Of a stretch of DNA of 64,000 nucleotides, positions 1 through 10,262 are shown piece by piece; the stretch's first letter is position 1; each line of letters begins with the position of its first letter. Source of the stretch: Actinomycetes bacterium (lineage in GTDB: Bacteria > Actinomycetota > Actinomycetes > S36-B12); assembly GCA_024639145.1 (NCBI GenBank), contig JAHEIZ010000008.1, positions 11,754 to 75,753 of the forward strand. The letters are read 5' to 3'. The notes below the pieces were generated by a model. That model did no database searches. It saw nothing but the letters and a program-made list of their open reading frames with translations, and had not been told where the DNA came from. Both the position numbers and the translations under genes were made by a program.

Positions 1-1
1 T

Positions 2-91
2 TTCACGCCGCTCAATCGCGTGTTCAGCCAGGATCCGCCGGCCGGCACCGAGATTCCCAAGGGCAGTGTCGTCACCATCAGGATCGTCTAA
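2..91 (+). CDS. 3-prime end of a PASTA-domain Ser/Thr protein kinase (PknL/PknB-like), partial at window edge
   Basis: Frame open from the window edge to TAA at 89-91. The tail ...PPAGTEIPKGSVVTIRIV looks like the last strand of a PASTA repeat. A position next to aroG matches pknL-type kinases in other actinobacteria. Only 29 codons are visible. Confidence 0.4.
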   Translation, partial: FTPLNRVFSQDPPAGTEIPKGSVVTIRIV

Positions 92-541
92 CTAGTCGAG
101 CTCGAAGCCCTCGTGCTCGAGTAGCGCGAGCTTGAGTTCAAGGCCGTAGGCATAGCCGCCGATACCGTTGCTCGCCACGATGCGGTGACACGGCACGAAC
201 AGCATCACCGTGTTGAGCGCACACGCCGTGCCCGCAGCACGAGCGGCACCTGGATTGCCCGCACGCGAGGCGAGATCACCGTAGGTGAGCACTTCGCCAG
301 CGGGGATGGTGCGCATGGCATTCCACGCACGCATCCGGAAGTCAGGGCCGTGCTGCAGGATAGGTGCGTCGTCGAGCGCAGAGATATCGCCATCGTTGTA
401 ACGCTGCATGATCTGCGCGAGCCACGGGATGCGACTTCCGCCCAGACGCTCATCGCTCATACGAGCAGAGATGATCGAGTCGTTCTCGACGACGACTTCC
501 ATGACACCGTGCGGAATGCGATACCGCGCGGTGTGCGCCAT
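92..541 (-). CDS. ogt: Methylated-DNA--protein-cysteine methyltransferase
   Basis: 149-aa ORF with the alkyl-acceptor motif PCHRIV and an upstream YGDLA segment typical of O6-alkylguanine-DNA alkyltransferases. Confidence 0.85.
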   Translation of the reverse strand: MAHTARYRIPHGVMEVVVENDSIISARMSDERLGGSRIPWLAQIMQRYNDGDISALDDAPILQHGPDFRMRAWNAMRTIPAGEVLTYGDLASRAGNPGAARAAGTACALNTVMLFVPCHRIVASNGIGGYAYGLELKLALLEHEGFELD

Positions 542-543
542 GA

Positions 544-1884
544 CTACTTCGCGAGCAGCATGTCAGCGACGAGGAAGGAGAGCTCGAGGCTCTGCTCCCG
601 GTTCAGTCGCGGATCGCACGCTGTTTCGTAGCGATCGCCGAGATCGCTCTCGAGAACTCCGCCTGTGCCACCGACGCATTCGGTGACATCGTCACCGGTG
701 AGCTCGATGTGAATGCCACCGGGAACAGTGCCGAGTGAGTGGTGCACCTCGAAGAAGCCCTTGACCTCATCGACGACATCGTCGAATACGCGAGTCTTGT
801 GGCCTGTGGTGGCCTCACGGGTGTTGCCGTGCATCGGGTCGCACACCCATACGACAGGAATGCCTGAGTCTCGCACAGCAGCGACGATCGGCGGCAGCGC
901 TTCGCGGACCTTGCCTGCACCCATGCGAGTGATGAGCGTGAGACGACCGGGCACGCGCTCGGGGTTGAGCAGCTCGCACATCTGCACGATGTCGGCGGGG
1001 TCGGCGGTCGGGCCGACCTTCACGCCGATCGGATTATGAATGACTGAGGCGAAGTGCACATGAGCGCCGTCGACCTGTCGAGTGCGTTCGCCGATCCACA
1101 GGAAGTGACCCGACACGTCGTAGGCGTTGCCGGTGCGCGAGTCGATACGGGTGAGGGCACGCTCGTAGTCGATGGAGAGTGCCTCATGTGCGGCGTAGAA
1201 GTCGACGCGCTGGAACTCCTCCGGATCAGCACCGCAGGCCGTCATGAACGACAGGGCGCGATCGATGTCTCCGGCCATGGCCTCGTACCGCTCGCCTGCC
1301 GGTGAGTCGCGCACGAAATCCTGGTTCCAGGAATGCACCTGGCGCAGGTCGGCGTAGCCACCCTGGGTGAAGGCGCGCACGAGATTCAGTGCGGCACTCG
1401 AGGCGTTGTAGGCACGCACGAGTCGCTGGGCATCGGGGCGGCGCGAGGCCGGCTCGAAATCGATCGCGTTGACGGCGTCGCCGAAGTAGGAGTTGAGCTC
1501 GACACCCTCGCGAGTCTCGTGCGACTTGCTGCGGGGCTTGAAGTACTGACCGGCCAGGCGGCCGACCTTGATGACGGGCAACGAGGCTGCGTACTGCAGC
1601 ACCACCGACATCTGGAGGACTGTCTTCAGGCGGGCGCGGATGCTCTCGGCGTTGTTGGCCTCGAAGGTCTCGGCGCAGTCGCCACCCATGAGCACGAACG
1701 CCTCGCCGCGTGAGGCGGCAGCGAGCTGGTGCAGGAGCTTGTCGCACTCGCCCGCAAAGACCAGGGGCGGCAGCACGCTGAGTTCGTCGACGGCGGCCTG
1801 CAGCTCGGCAGCATCAGGCCACGGCGGCTGCTGCGCAGCGACCAGATCAGGCCACACGAGGCCATTGCGGGAAGTCGTCGACAT
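544..1884 (-). CDS. aroG: Class II 3-deoxy-7-phosphoheptulonate (DAHP) synthase
   Basis: 446 aa. Length and sequence along the whole protein (N-terminal W-P-D...PPLVFAGE, C-terminal GGIHIELTG) match class II actinobacterial/plant-type DAHP synthases. Confidence 0.9.
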   Translation of the reverse strand: MSTTSRNGLVWPDLVAAQQPPWPDAAELQAAVDELSVLPPLVFAGECDKLLHQLAAASRGEAFVLMGGDCAETFEANNAESIRARLKTVLQMSVVLQYAASLPVIKVGRLAGQYFKPRSKSHETREGVELNSYFGDAVNAIDFEPASRRPDAQRLVRAYNASSAALNLVRAFTQGGYADLRQVHSWNQDFVRDSPAGERYEAMAGDIDRALSFMTACGADPEEFQRVDFYAAHEALSIDYERALTRIDSRTGNAYDVSGHFLWIGERTRQVDGAHVHFASVIHNPIGVKVGPTADPADIVQMCELLNPERVPGRLTLITRMGAGKVREALPPIVAAVRDSGIPVVWVCDPMHGNTREATTGHKTRVFDDVVDEVKGFFEVHHSLGTVPGGIHIELTGDDVTECVGGTGGVLESDLGDRYETACDPRLNREQSLELSFLVADMLLAK

Positions 1885-1894
1885 GTCATAAATC

Positions 1895-1932
1895 CTAGAG
1901 GGGCCGTCCGAATGCTCGGACGACCCCTCTAG
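1895..1932 (-). terminator. Hairpin between pfkA stop and aroG start (putative intrinsic terminator of pfkA)
   Basis: ctagagggg (1895-1903) pairs with cccctctag (1924-1932), with an inner 6-bp stem cgtccg/cggacg. On the minus strand it is followed by GGATTTAT. Confidence 0.55.
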
Positions 1933-1947
1933 ATGACTCGAGGTGAC

Positions 1948-2973
1948 TTAGCCGAAGAACGACTTCGCCTCGTTGTAGCGCTCGATCGGCACGGTCTTGA
2001 GCTTCTCGGTCGCGGCCTGGAGCGGCACGCGCACGATGTCGGTGCCCTGCAGGGCGACCATGGTGCCCCAGGCCTCGTCCTTGACCGCCGTGATGGCGTT
2101 CAGGCCGAAGCGGGTCGCGAGCACGCGATCGAAGGAGGTGGGGGTGCCACCGCGCTGGATGTGGCCGAGCACCGTGGTGCGGGCCTCGTAGCCCGTGCGC
2201 TCCTCGACCTGCTGTGCGAGCCACTCGCCGATGCCCGAGAGCTTGACGTGTCCGAAGGAGTCGAGGGTGGCGTCCTTGGTGACCAGAGTGCCGCCCTTGG
2301 GCAGTGCGCCCTCGGCGACGACGATGATCGGTGCATAGGAAGCCTTGAAGCGTGACTCGACCCAACCGACGACCTCGTCGAGATCGAACTCGACCTCCGG
2401 GATGAGAATCGCGTTGGCGCCGCCTGCCATACCCGAGTGCAGAGCGATCCAGCCGGCGTGACGGCCCATGACCTCGCAGATCAGGATGCGGTGGTGTGAC
2501 TCGGCCGTGGTGTGCAGTCGGTCGATGGCCTCGGTAGCGATCTGCACCGCGGTGTCGAAGCCGAAGGTGTAGTCAGTCGCGCTGAGATCGTTGTCGATGG
2601 TCTTCGGGACGCCGATCACGTGGAAGCCATGCTCGGTGAGCGTGGTGGCAACGCCGAGGGTGTCCTCGCCGCCGATGGCGACGAGTGCGTCGATGCCCAT
2701 CTTGCGGAGGTTCTCTTCGGTGCGCTCGATACCGCCATCGATCTTGACGAGGTTCGTGCGCGAGGAGCCGAGGATGGTTCCACCTCGGGGAAGAATGCCG
2801 CGTACCTGCTCGATGCCGAGTTCCATGGTCAGGCCTTCGAGCGGGCCCTTCCAGCCATCACGGAAGCCGACGAACTCGTAGCCGTACTCCTGGACCCCAC
2901 GGCGGACGACGCCACGGATCACTGCATTCAGGCCGGGGCAGTCGCCGCCACCGGTCAGGACTCCAACGCGCAT
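1948..2973 (-). CDS. pfkA: 6-phosphofructokinase (ATP versus PPi specificity not resolvable by eye)
   Basis: 341 aa. N-terminal MRVGVLTGGGDCPGLNAVIRG plus the IGGEDTLG and PKTIDND motifs of the PFK-A family. Confidence 0.9.
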   Translation of the reverse strand: MRVGVLTGGGDCPGLNAVIRGVVRRGVQEYGYEFVGFRDGWKGPLEGLTMELGIEQVRGILPRGGTILGSSRTNLVKIDGGIERTEENLRKMGIDALVAIGGEDTLGVATTLTEHGFHVIGVPKTIDNDLSATDYTFGFDTAVQIATEAIDRLHTTAESHHRILICEVMGRHAGWIALHSGMAGGANAILIPEVEFDLDEVVGWVESRFKASYAPIIVVAEGALPKGGTLVTKDATLDSFGHVKLSGIGEWLAQQVEERTGYEARTTVLGHIQRGGTPTSFDRVLATRFGLNAITAVKDEAWGTMVALQGTDIVRVPLQAATEKLKTVPIERYNEAKSFFG

Positions 2974-3080
2974 GTTTCGCTCTCCTCGATTGATCGCCTC
3001 GTGGGCATGTAATCGCTGTCATGGAGAAATCTAGCGGATCCCCAGGCCGGCCGTGCCGGTTACCTGCCTAGAGTCGCCCC

Positions 3081-4556
<1,476 letters not shown>

Positions 4557-4586
4557 CCACCTGCTACGACCGGTGCAGATGACGAA

Positions 4587-5312
4587 CTAGCCGCGCCCCA
4601 TGTCGACAGAGGCCTGGGAATCGGCCATGCCGCCCTCGGCGATCAGTTCCTTGGCACGAGTGGCGTACATGTCGACGTACTCCTGGCCCGACAGGCTCAT
4701 CAGCTCGTACATCACTTCATCGGTGACCGAGCGCAGCACGAAGCGATCGTCTTCCATGCCCTCGTACCGCGAGAAATCGAGAGGCGTGCCGAAGCGGATG
4801 CCCACGCGATGAAGACGCGGACGAATCGTGCCAGGCGGCTGAATCTCGAAAGTGTTGATCATTGCGACAGGAATGACGTTGACCTCTGCCTCGAGTGCCA
4901 TGCGAGCAATGCCTGTCTTGCCTCGGTAGAGATTGCCGTTCGGCGAGCGCGTGCCCTCGGGGTAGATGCCCAGCAGATGACCCTCGCCCAGCACGCGCAG
5001 ACCGGTACGAAGCGCCGCCTCCGACGCGCGGCCGCCGGAGCGATCGACAGGAACCTGGCCCACGCCGTTGAAGAACCACTTGGTCAGCCGACCCTTGAGG
5101 CCACGACCGGTGAAGTAGTCGCTCTTGGCCAGGAAGGTGATGTGCCGAGGCACTACGAGGGGACAGAAGAAGGAGTCCGAGAACGACAGGTGATTGCTCG
5201 CGATGATGGCGGCACCCTCCGTCGGGAAGTTCTCCAGGCCCTCGACCCATGGTCGCCAGAGGATCTTCAGCCAGGGGCCGATGAGCACGTGCTTGAGGAA
5301 GAGGTACAGCAT
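4587..5312 (-). CDS. 1-acyl-sn-glycerol-3-phosphate acyltransferase-like (PlsC family)
   Basis: The acyltransferase motifs NHLSFSDS (HX4D type) and YPEGTRS lie in the C-terminal 241 aa. The track ORF (to 5786) has an Arg/Ser/Pro-rich N-terminus overlapping the divergent gene, so the start is set at ATG 5312 (alternative GTG 5324). Confidence 0.8.
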   Translation of the reverse strand: MLYLFLKHVLIGPWLKILWRPWVEGLENFPTEGAAIIASNHLSFSDSFFCPLVVPRHITFLAKSDYFTGRGLKGRLTKWFFNGVGQVPVDRSGGRASEAALRTGLRVLGEGHLLGIYPEGTRSPNGNLYRGKTGIARMALEAEVNVIPVAMINTFEIQPPGTIRPRLHRVGIRFGTPLDFSRYEGMEDDRFVLRSVTDEVMYELMSLSGQEYVDMYATRAKELIAEGGMADSQASVDMGRG

Positions 5313-5430
5313 CAGGCGGCCCACCCGTGTCTCGCACGAGGAGACCCAGGCCTCGACTCGCACCACTGCTGCCCGATCACGGTGGCAGACTATCGGGTAA
5401 GGCCGCACCGGCGGCCACTTCGGAGGAGCC

Positions 5431-6183
5431 ATGAACCTGCTGCCTGATGCGGAGCCGTTCAGCCACGACTCCCCCGAGGCGAAGGTCGGGATTCTCGTCC
5501 TGCACGGGTTCACCGGCTCGCCCAAGTCGATGAAGCCGTGGGGTCGCGAGCTTGCTGCCCAGGGCTGGAGTGTGCGCGTGCCGCGCCTGCCCGGCCATGG
5601 CACCCGCTGGCAGGACATGAACCTGACCACCTGGCAGGACTGGTACGCCGAGGCCGATCGCGCCCTTGCCGAGCTCACCGCGAGCTGCGACCGGGTGTTC
5701 GTGATGGGGCTCTCAATGGGCGGCTCACTCACCCTCCGCCTGGCCGAGCAGCACGGCGATCGCATCAGCGGCATCGTGCTGGTCAATGCCGCAGTACATT
5801 CCGAGCGCCCAGACCGCTACTTGCTGCCGTTCCTCCAGCGATTCATCCCCGCGTTCCCCGGCATCTCCAACGACATTCGCAAGCCAGGTGTCGACGAGGG
5901 CGCGTACGCGAAGATCCCGCTGAAGGCCGCGCATTCACTTACCCAGCTCTGGTCAGCGATCAAGTCCGATATCGGTCGCGTGACCCAGCCGGTGCTTCTC
6001 TTCCGCAGTTCGGTCGATCACGTGGTCGAGGCGAGCAATGCGCAGTGGATTCTCGACAACGTCAGCTCGGGTGATGTCACGTCGATCGAGCTCATCAACT
6101 CGTATCACGTGGCCACCCTCGACTACGACGCCGAATTCATCCATGAGCGCAGCATCGACTTCGTCCGTCGGCTGAGCAGCTGA
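5431..6183 (+). CDS. Alpha/beta hydrolase (carboxylesterase / monoacylglycerol-lipase-like)
   Basis: 250 aa. HGFTGSP oxyanion region and GLSMGG nucleophile elbow. Confidence 0.75.
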   Translation: MNLLPDAEPFSHDSPEAKVGILVLHGFTGSPKSMKPWGRELAAQGWSVRVPRLPGHGTRWQDMNLTTWQDWYAEADRALAELTASCDRVFVMGLSMGGSLTLRLAEQHGDRISGIVLVNAAVHSERPDRYLLPFLQRFIPAFPGISNDIRKPGVDEGAYAKIPLKAAHSLTQLWSAIKSDIGRVTQPVLLFRSSVDHVVEASNAQWILDNVSSGDVTSIELINSYHVATLDYDAEFIHERSIDFVRRLSS

Positions 6184-6184
6184 C

Positions 6185-6583
6185 ATGGCATCGGAGCCGG
6201 GGCCGCCGGAGAGCGAGAAGCCTGATCTCACCGCACAGCAGGAGAAGCGCGCATGGGATGCAATCGTCGCTGACCTCTCGGGCACGCTCGACATCGCAGA
6301 CGTGCTTCCCACCCCTGATCCGGTCATCGATGAACTTCTCGAGGATGAACGCGACTACGAGCCTCCCCATCCCCCGCCGCTCAAGGTGCCGCACGACGTC
6401 GTCGCGCGCTTCGCCTGGGCCGGCGCACTCGGCGGCCCGGTCTTCGTATTCATTGCTTATGCCATCGACCTGCCCCGTTGGCTCGGCGCTGTCGGGGTCA
6501 TGGCAAGCATCGCCGGCTTCGGAACGCTCGTCGCACGACTACCGCACGAGCGCGACGATGATGATGATGGAGCAGTGGTCTAG
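6185..6583 (+). CDS. Hypothetical membrane protein with acidic N-terminal half
   Basis: 132 aa. The start is 1 nt after the upstream stop (TGAcATG). Two predicted TM helices near the C-terminus and an acidic tail DDDDDGAVV. Codon bias is consistent with coding. Confidence 0.5.
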   Translation: MASEPGPPESEKPDLTAQQEKRAWDAIVADLSGTLDIADVLPTPDPVIDELLEDERDYEPPHPPPLKVPHDVVARFAWAGALGGPVFVFIAYAIDLPRWLGAVGVMASIAGFGTLVARLPHERDDDDDGAVV

Positions 6584-7542
6584 ACCGCAGCCAGTCGAGC
6601 GATGTCGGCAGCGCCGATCAGGCCGGCATCGGTGCCGAGCGAGGCAACACGAATCTCGGGGATGGGGCGCAGGTCGCCACCCGGCATCTGCTCCGCCAGC
6701 CGCGCGCGGGCCGGGGCGAGCAGGAGTTCACCGGCCTCGGAGACACCACCGCTGATGACGAACGCGGCCGGGTCGAGCACTGCCGTGAGATCGGCCAGAC
6801 CCGTGCCGATCCACTCGCCGCAGATACGGAAGGCCTCGATGGCCACCGGGTCTCCGGAGAGCGCAGCCTGGGTCACGTGCACACCCTGGATCCCCTCGGG
6901 CGTGCCATTGCCCAAGGAGAGCAGGAGCGATGCCTCCGCACGCCGCTCGGACGCGAGCTCGCGAGCTTGGCGCACCAGCGCCGTTCCGCTACCGTACTGC
7001 TCCCAGCAACCGAGTCGACCGCACCCGCACGGACGACCGCCGGGCACAACCGTGATGTGACCGATCTCCGCCGCACCACCGGTCGCACCGCGCAGCATGG
7101 TGCCGCCGACGATCACGCCGCCGCCGATCCCGGTGCCGACAGTCACCACGGTCAGGTCATCGACATCGGCACCCGCCCCGTAGACGAACTCACCCCAGGC
7201 GGCCGCATTCGCATCGTTCTCGGCAATGACGGTGACGCCCAGATCGGACTCGAGGATGGCGCGTACTTCGACGCGCGACCACCGGAGATTGGGAGCCCAC
7301 AGCACTGTCGAGCGGGTGTTCTCGACCTGACCGGCGATGCCGAGGCCGACGCCGACCACGGGCTCGGCTGACTGCGCCATCAGCTCACGGACAACCTCGG
7401 AGACCACGGCCAGCACCGCCGCAGGATCCTGGGCAGGTGTCGGCCGTCGGGCAGTGGTGAGCACGTGTCCGGAATCATCGACGAGGCCGGCCAGGATCTT
7501 CGTCCCGCCGACATCGACACCGATGGAGTTGCTCACCGGCAC
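6580..7542 (-). CDS. glk: ROK-family glucokinase
   Basis: 320 aa. IGVDVGGTKI ATP-binding start, and the ROK Zn motif GHITVVPGGRPCGCGRLGCWE. Confidence 0.85.
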   Translation of the reverse strand: MPVSNSIGVDVGGTKILAGLVDDSGHVLTTARRPTPAQDPAAVLAVVSEVVRELMAQSAEPVVGVGLGIAGQVENTRSTVLWAPNLRWSRVEVRAILESDLGVTVIAENDANAAAWGEFVYGAGADVDDLTVVTVGTGIGGGVIVGGTMLRGATGGAAEIGHITVVPGGRPCGCGRLGCWEQYGSGTALVRQARELASERRAEASLLLSLGNGTPEGIQGVHVTQAALSGDPVAIEAFRICGEWIGTGLADLTAVLDPAAFVISGGVSEAGELLLAPARARLAEQMPGGDLRPIPEIRVASLGTDAGLIGAADIARLAAV

Positions 7543-7545
7543 AGC

Positions 7546-7866
7546 CTAGAACCCCTGACGCTCCACGGGAATCCAGGAGATCCCGCGCTCGGCACGAGGG
7601 GCCGACGGCTCACTTCTCACACCCTGCACGAGGGCGGTGCCCTTGCACACCAGGCAGTCGGGGTGTTCGCGCGGATCCGCATGATCGGCATGCGGAGCCA
7701 GCACGAGTTCGGAGGCCCAGTCGAAGAGCTGCTGGGCACCTGCGATCAAGGAGCCAATGCTCATGCCGGACTCAGCGGAGCCGGAGGATCTCGACGAGTC
7801 ATCAGGCGCCGAGTCCCCTGCCGAGGAATCACCGGAGAACCACCACGGAGTCGAGCGGTCAGCCAT
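7546..7866 (-). CDS. Small conserved Cys/His-containing protein, translationally coupled to the ArsA-like gene
   Basis: ATG at 7866 overlaps the upstream stop (ATGGCTGA). The product starts MADRSTPWWF... and contains HADHADPREHPDCLVCKG. The 42 upstream codons of the track ORF are treated as an artefact. Confidence 0.5.
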   Translation of the reverse strand: MADRSTPWWFSGDSSAGDSAPDDSSRSSGSAESGMSIGSLIAGAQQLFDWASELVLAPHADHADPREHPDCLVCKGTALVQGVRSEPSAPRAERGISWIPVERQGF

Positions 7867-8905
7867 TGCTCCTCCAGACGCTGGGGTCGGGGGCCAATTC
7901 GATGCGCAGGCCAGTGGGCGACGCCACTGCGCGCGTGATTTCGCATCGTCGGAGTACCGATGGCAGGCTGCGCACTCGCGTGACGGCATCAATCGCGATG
8001 ATCACGCGATCATCCGTGCGACCGAGCCGCAGCGCGGCCGACGCGGGGATTCGCGCGGCTAGTGTCCAGGCGAAGCCGCTCCCGAGTGAGTCGATACTTT
8101 CGATCGAGCGCGTCGCATGCGCGGCCCAGGCCTGACTGCCCTTCTCGACCACGCGAATGCGCTCCACCACCGGTGCGCCGTCACCGTCACGCAGTGGCAG
8201 CACGCGCACCGGCAGGTCACTGAAGTGCTCAACAATGCGCTGAGACATGCGCCTGCGCGTGGCCGACCAGCGCTTGGGCCAGGAGTCCTTGCCGCGAGGT
8301 ACTTGATTGACATAGACGAGATCGACGTGCGCCTCGTACAGGGATGTCACGAGAAGTGCGCGTTCAAGTGATGCGATGCCTCGCTCATCCGGAAGGCACA
8401 CCAGTCGAACAGCCGTGTCCGCACTGCTCAGGCATTCGCGAATCCGCTGCAGCTCGGTTCGCAGCTCGCTGAGCGGCGTATCGAGATCCGCGCGCGCGAT
8501 CGCCATCGCCGGCGTCATCAGCGATGAGGCGAGTAAGTCAAGCGTGTCGGCGGTCATCAGGAGCCGTGCGAGCGCATCGATCGGTCCGACGTCGACAATC
8601 ACGAAGTCAATGTCGTCGAGTGTCGCCGACTCGGCAATCGCGGCCAGGGCCAGGAACTCATCGACGCCCGGCAGCATGGCGAGCTCCTCGGGCAGCACCT
8701 GCTCGGCAGCGCGCAGCACCAGGACATCGGAGGCGAGAGCGCCCAGCCACTGCGATGCCGCTGAGCGAGCGGCAGAAGTCTCCTGCGCATCTGCGAGATC
8801 GATCAACTGCACACGTGCGCCATCGGCGACCGCCTGCATCGCCGTCGCGCGAGCGATCGTGCTGGTGCCAGCACCCCCGGTGCCGCTAAGAAGCAGAAGT
8901 CGCAC
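7859..8905 (-). CDS. ArsA/Get3-like P-loop protein with degenerate Walker A
   Basis: 348 aa. The N-terminus LLLSGTGGAGTSTIA aligns to the ArsA-type GKGGVGKTT loop, but both lysines are Thr. Synteny with SRPBCC and glk matches the Rv2184c neighbourhood. Confidence 0.7.
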   Translation of the reverse strand: MRLLLLSGTGGAGTSTIARATAMQAVADGARVQLIDLADAQETSAARSAASQWLGALASDVLVLRAAEQVLPEELAMLPGVDEFLALAAIAESATLDDIDFVIVDVGPIDALARLLMTADTLDLLASSLMTPAMAIARADLDTPLSELRTELQRIRECLSSADTAVRLVCLPDERGIASLERALLVTSLYEAHVDLVYVNQVPRGKDSWPKRWSATRRRMSQRIVEHFSDLPVRVLPLRDGDGAPVVERIRVVEKGSQAWAAHATRSIESIDSLGSGFAWTLAARIPASAALRLGRTDDRVIIAIDAVTRVRSLPSVLRRCEITRAVASPTGLRIELAPDPSVWRSNG

Positions 8906-9341
8906 CGGACTCCACGCGCTTCTTCAGGCCCTTGAGGGCGGTTTCGACGATGACCTTCTCGGCCTTGCGCTTGAGCATGCCGATCATCGGGATCTTCACG
9001 TCGACCGCAAGGCGGTACTCCACGGTGGTCGTGCCGTTGCCGTTATCCGTCAGCACGTACGCGCCGTCCATCGCGGTGAGGACATCGGCCTTGGTGAGCT
9101 TCCAGGTGACCTTGTGGTCGCCTTCCCAGTCGTACTCGAGCTCATAGGTGTCCTTGATCGGACCGGACGCCAGCTGGAATCGCGCGTCGGCGGGTCGACG
9201 GTCCTCCTCGTAGATGCTGAGGATCTTCACCGAGGTGATGCCGTCGCTCCAGTCGGGGTAAGCCGTCAGGTCGGCAATCACCGCCATGACCTGTGCGGGA
9301 GATGCATCGATCACGATGCTGGACTGCGTCTGCTCGGCCAT
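8886..9341 (-). CDS. SRPBCC (polyketide cyclase/START-like) family protein
   Basis: 151 aa. The start MAEQTQSSIVIDASPAQVMAVIADLTAYPDWSDG is typical of the TB16.3-like SRPBCC family. It overlaps the next gene by 20 nt. Confidence 0.75.
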   Translation of the reverse strand: MAEQTQSSIVIDASPAQVMAVIADLTAYPDWSDGITSVKILSIYEEDRRPADARFQLASGPIKDTYELEYDWEGDHKVTWKLTKADVLTAMDGAYVLTDNGNGTTTVEYRLAVDVKIPMIGMLKRKAEKVIVETALKGLKKRVESGATSAS

Positions 9342-9375
9342 AGGGGAAGGCTACCTCCTCACGAGTGCTCGCGAA

Positions 9376-10155
9376 TCAGAGCTCAAGCACGAAGGGGGTG
9401 CCCGTTCCGTGGAAATGACCCACGTTGAGGCACTCGGTGCGGCCGATGCGAAAACGCGGCTGCAGGGGCTGATGCACGTGGCCGAAGAGGGCGTAGTCCG
9501 GCTGAACGCGCTCGATGTACTCGCGCACCGCGGCACTGCCGATCTCGAATCGTCGGGCGACGACGTCATAGTTGAGTTCGGGCACCTTCGGCGGAATGTG
9601 CGTGAAGAGAATGTCGACTTCACCGAGCCCCGCCAGCTTGCCTGCGTATTCCTCCGGATCGAGCTCGTACGGGGTGCGCATCGGGCTGACGAGCCCGCCA
9701 CCCACGAAACCCAGATGATGCCCCTCCACCACGATGCTCTCGCCATCAAGAACGCGGTGGCCATCGCGCAGGTGCTGCGGCCACAGGGCCGGCACATCGA
9801 CATTGCCGTAGGTCATCAGGGCAGGGGCAGGCATGGCGGCGAAGAGCTCGGTGTACTGCGCCGCGACCATTCCCTCGAGCACAGCCCAGCGATCGCGGGG
9901 ATCGACGATCCCCCGGCCGGCCCATGCTGCGGCACTGAGCTCACGGGCATCCTCGAAGCGGCCTGCGGTGCGAGCGGCGATGTAGGCCCGGGTGTGGTCA
10001 GCTCCGAAGAGATCGGAATGAATTCCCCGCTCCGGGTTGTCGTAATCCAAGAAGAGGATGAGATCGCCAAGGCAGACGAACAGGTCGGCCCCGTCGGCCG
10101 CACGGGCCAGATCATCGGCGGCGCCGTGCACATCGCTGACGACATGGATCCGCAT
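9376..10155 (-). CDS. Metallophosphoesterase
   Basis: 259 aa. Calcineurin-like motifs are present: SDVHG, GD(L), GNVD and GHVH. Confidence 0.8.
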   Translation of the reverse strand: MRIHVVSDVHGAADDLARAADGADLFVCLGDLILFLDYDNPERGIHSDLFGADHTRAYIAARTAGRFEDARELSAAAWAGRGIVDPRDRWAVLEGMVAAQYTELFAAMPAPALMTYGNVDVPALWPQHLRDGHRVLDGESIVVEGHHLGFVGGGLVSPMRTPYELDPEEYAGKLAGLGEVDILFTHIPPKVPELNYDVVARRFEIGSAAVREYIERVQPDYALFGHVHQPLQPRFRIGRTECLNVGHFHGTGTPFVLEL

Positions 10156-10262
10156 GTGCCCACAATGTCATGACTCGCAGGGCGACTTGCCCGAACCTCC
10201 CTGAGGAGGGCGGGGAATCGCGTAACGTGATCGGCAAGAACGCCCAATCGGAGGAGATTGCA

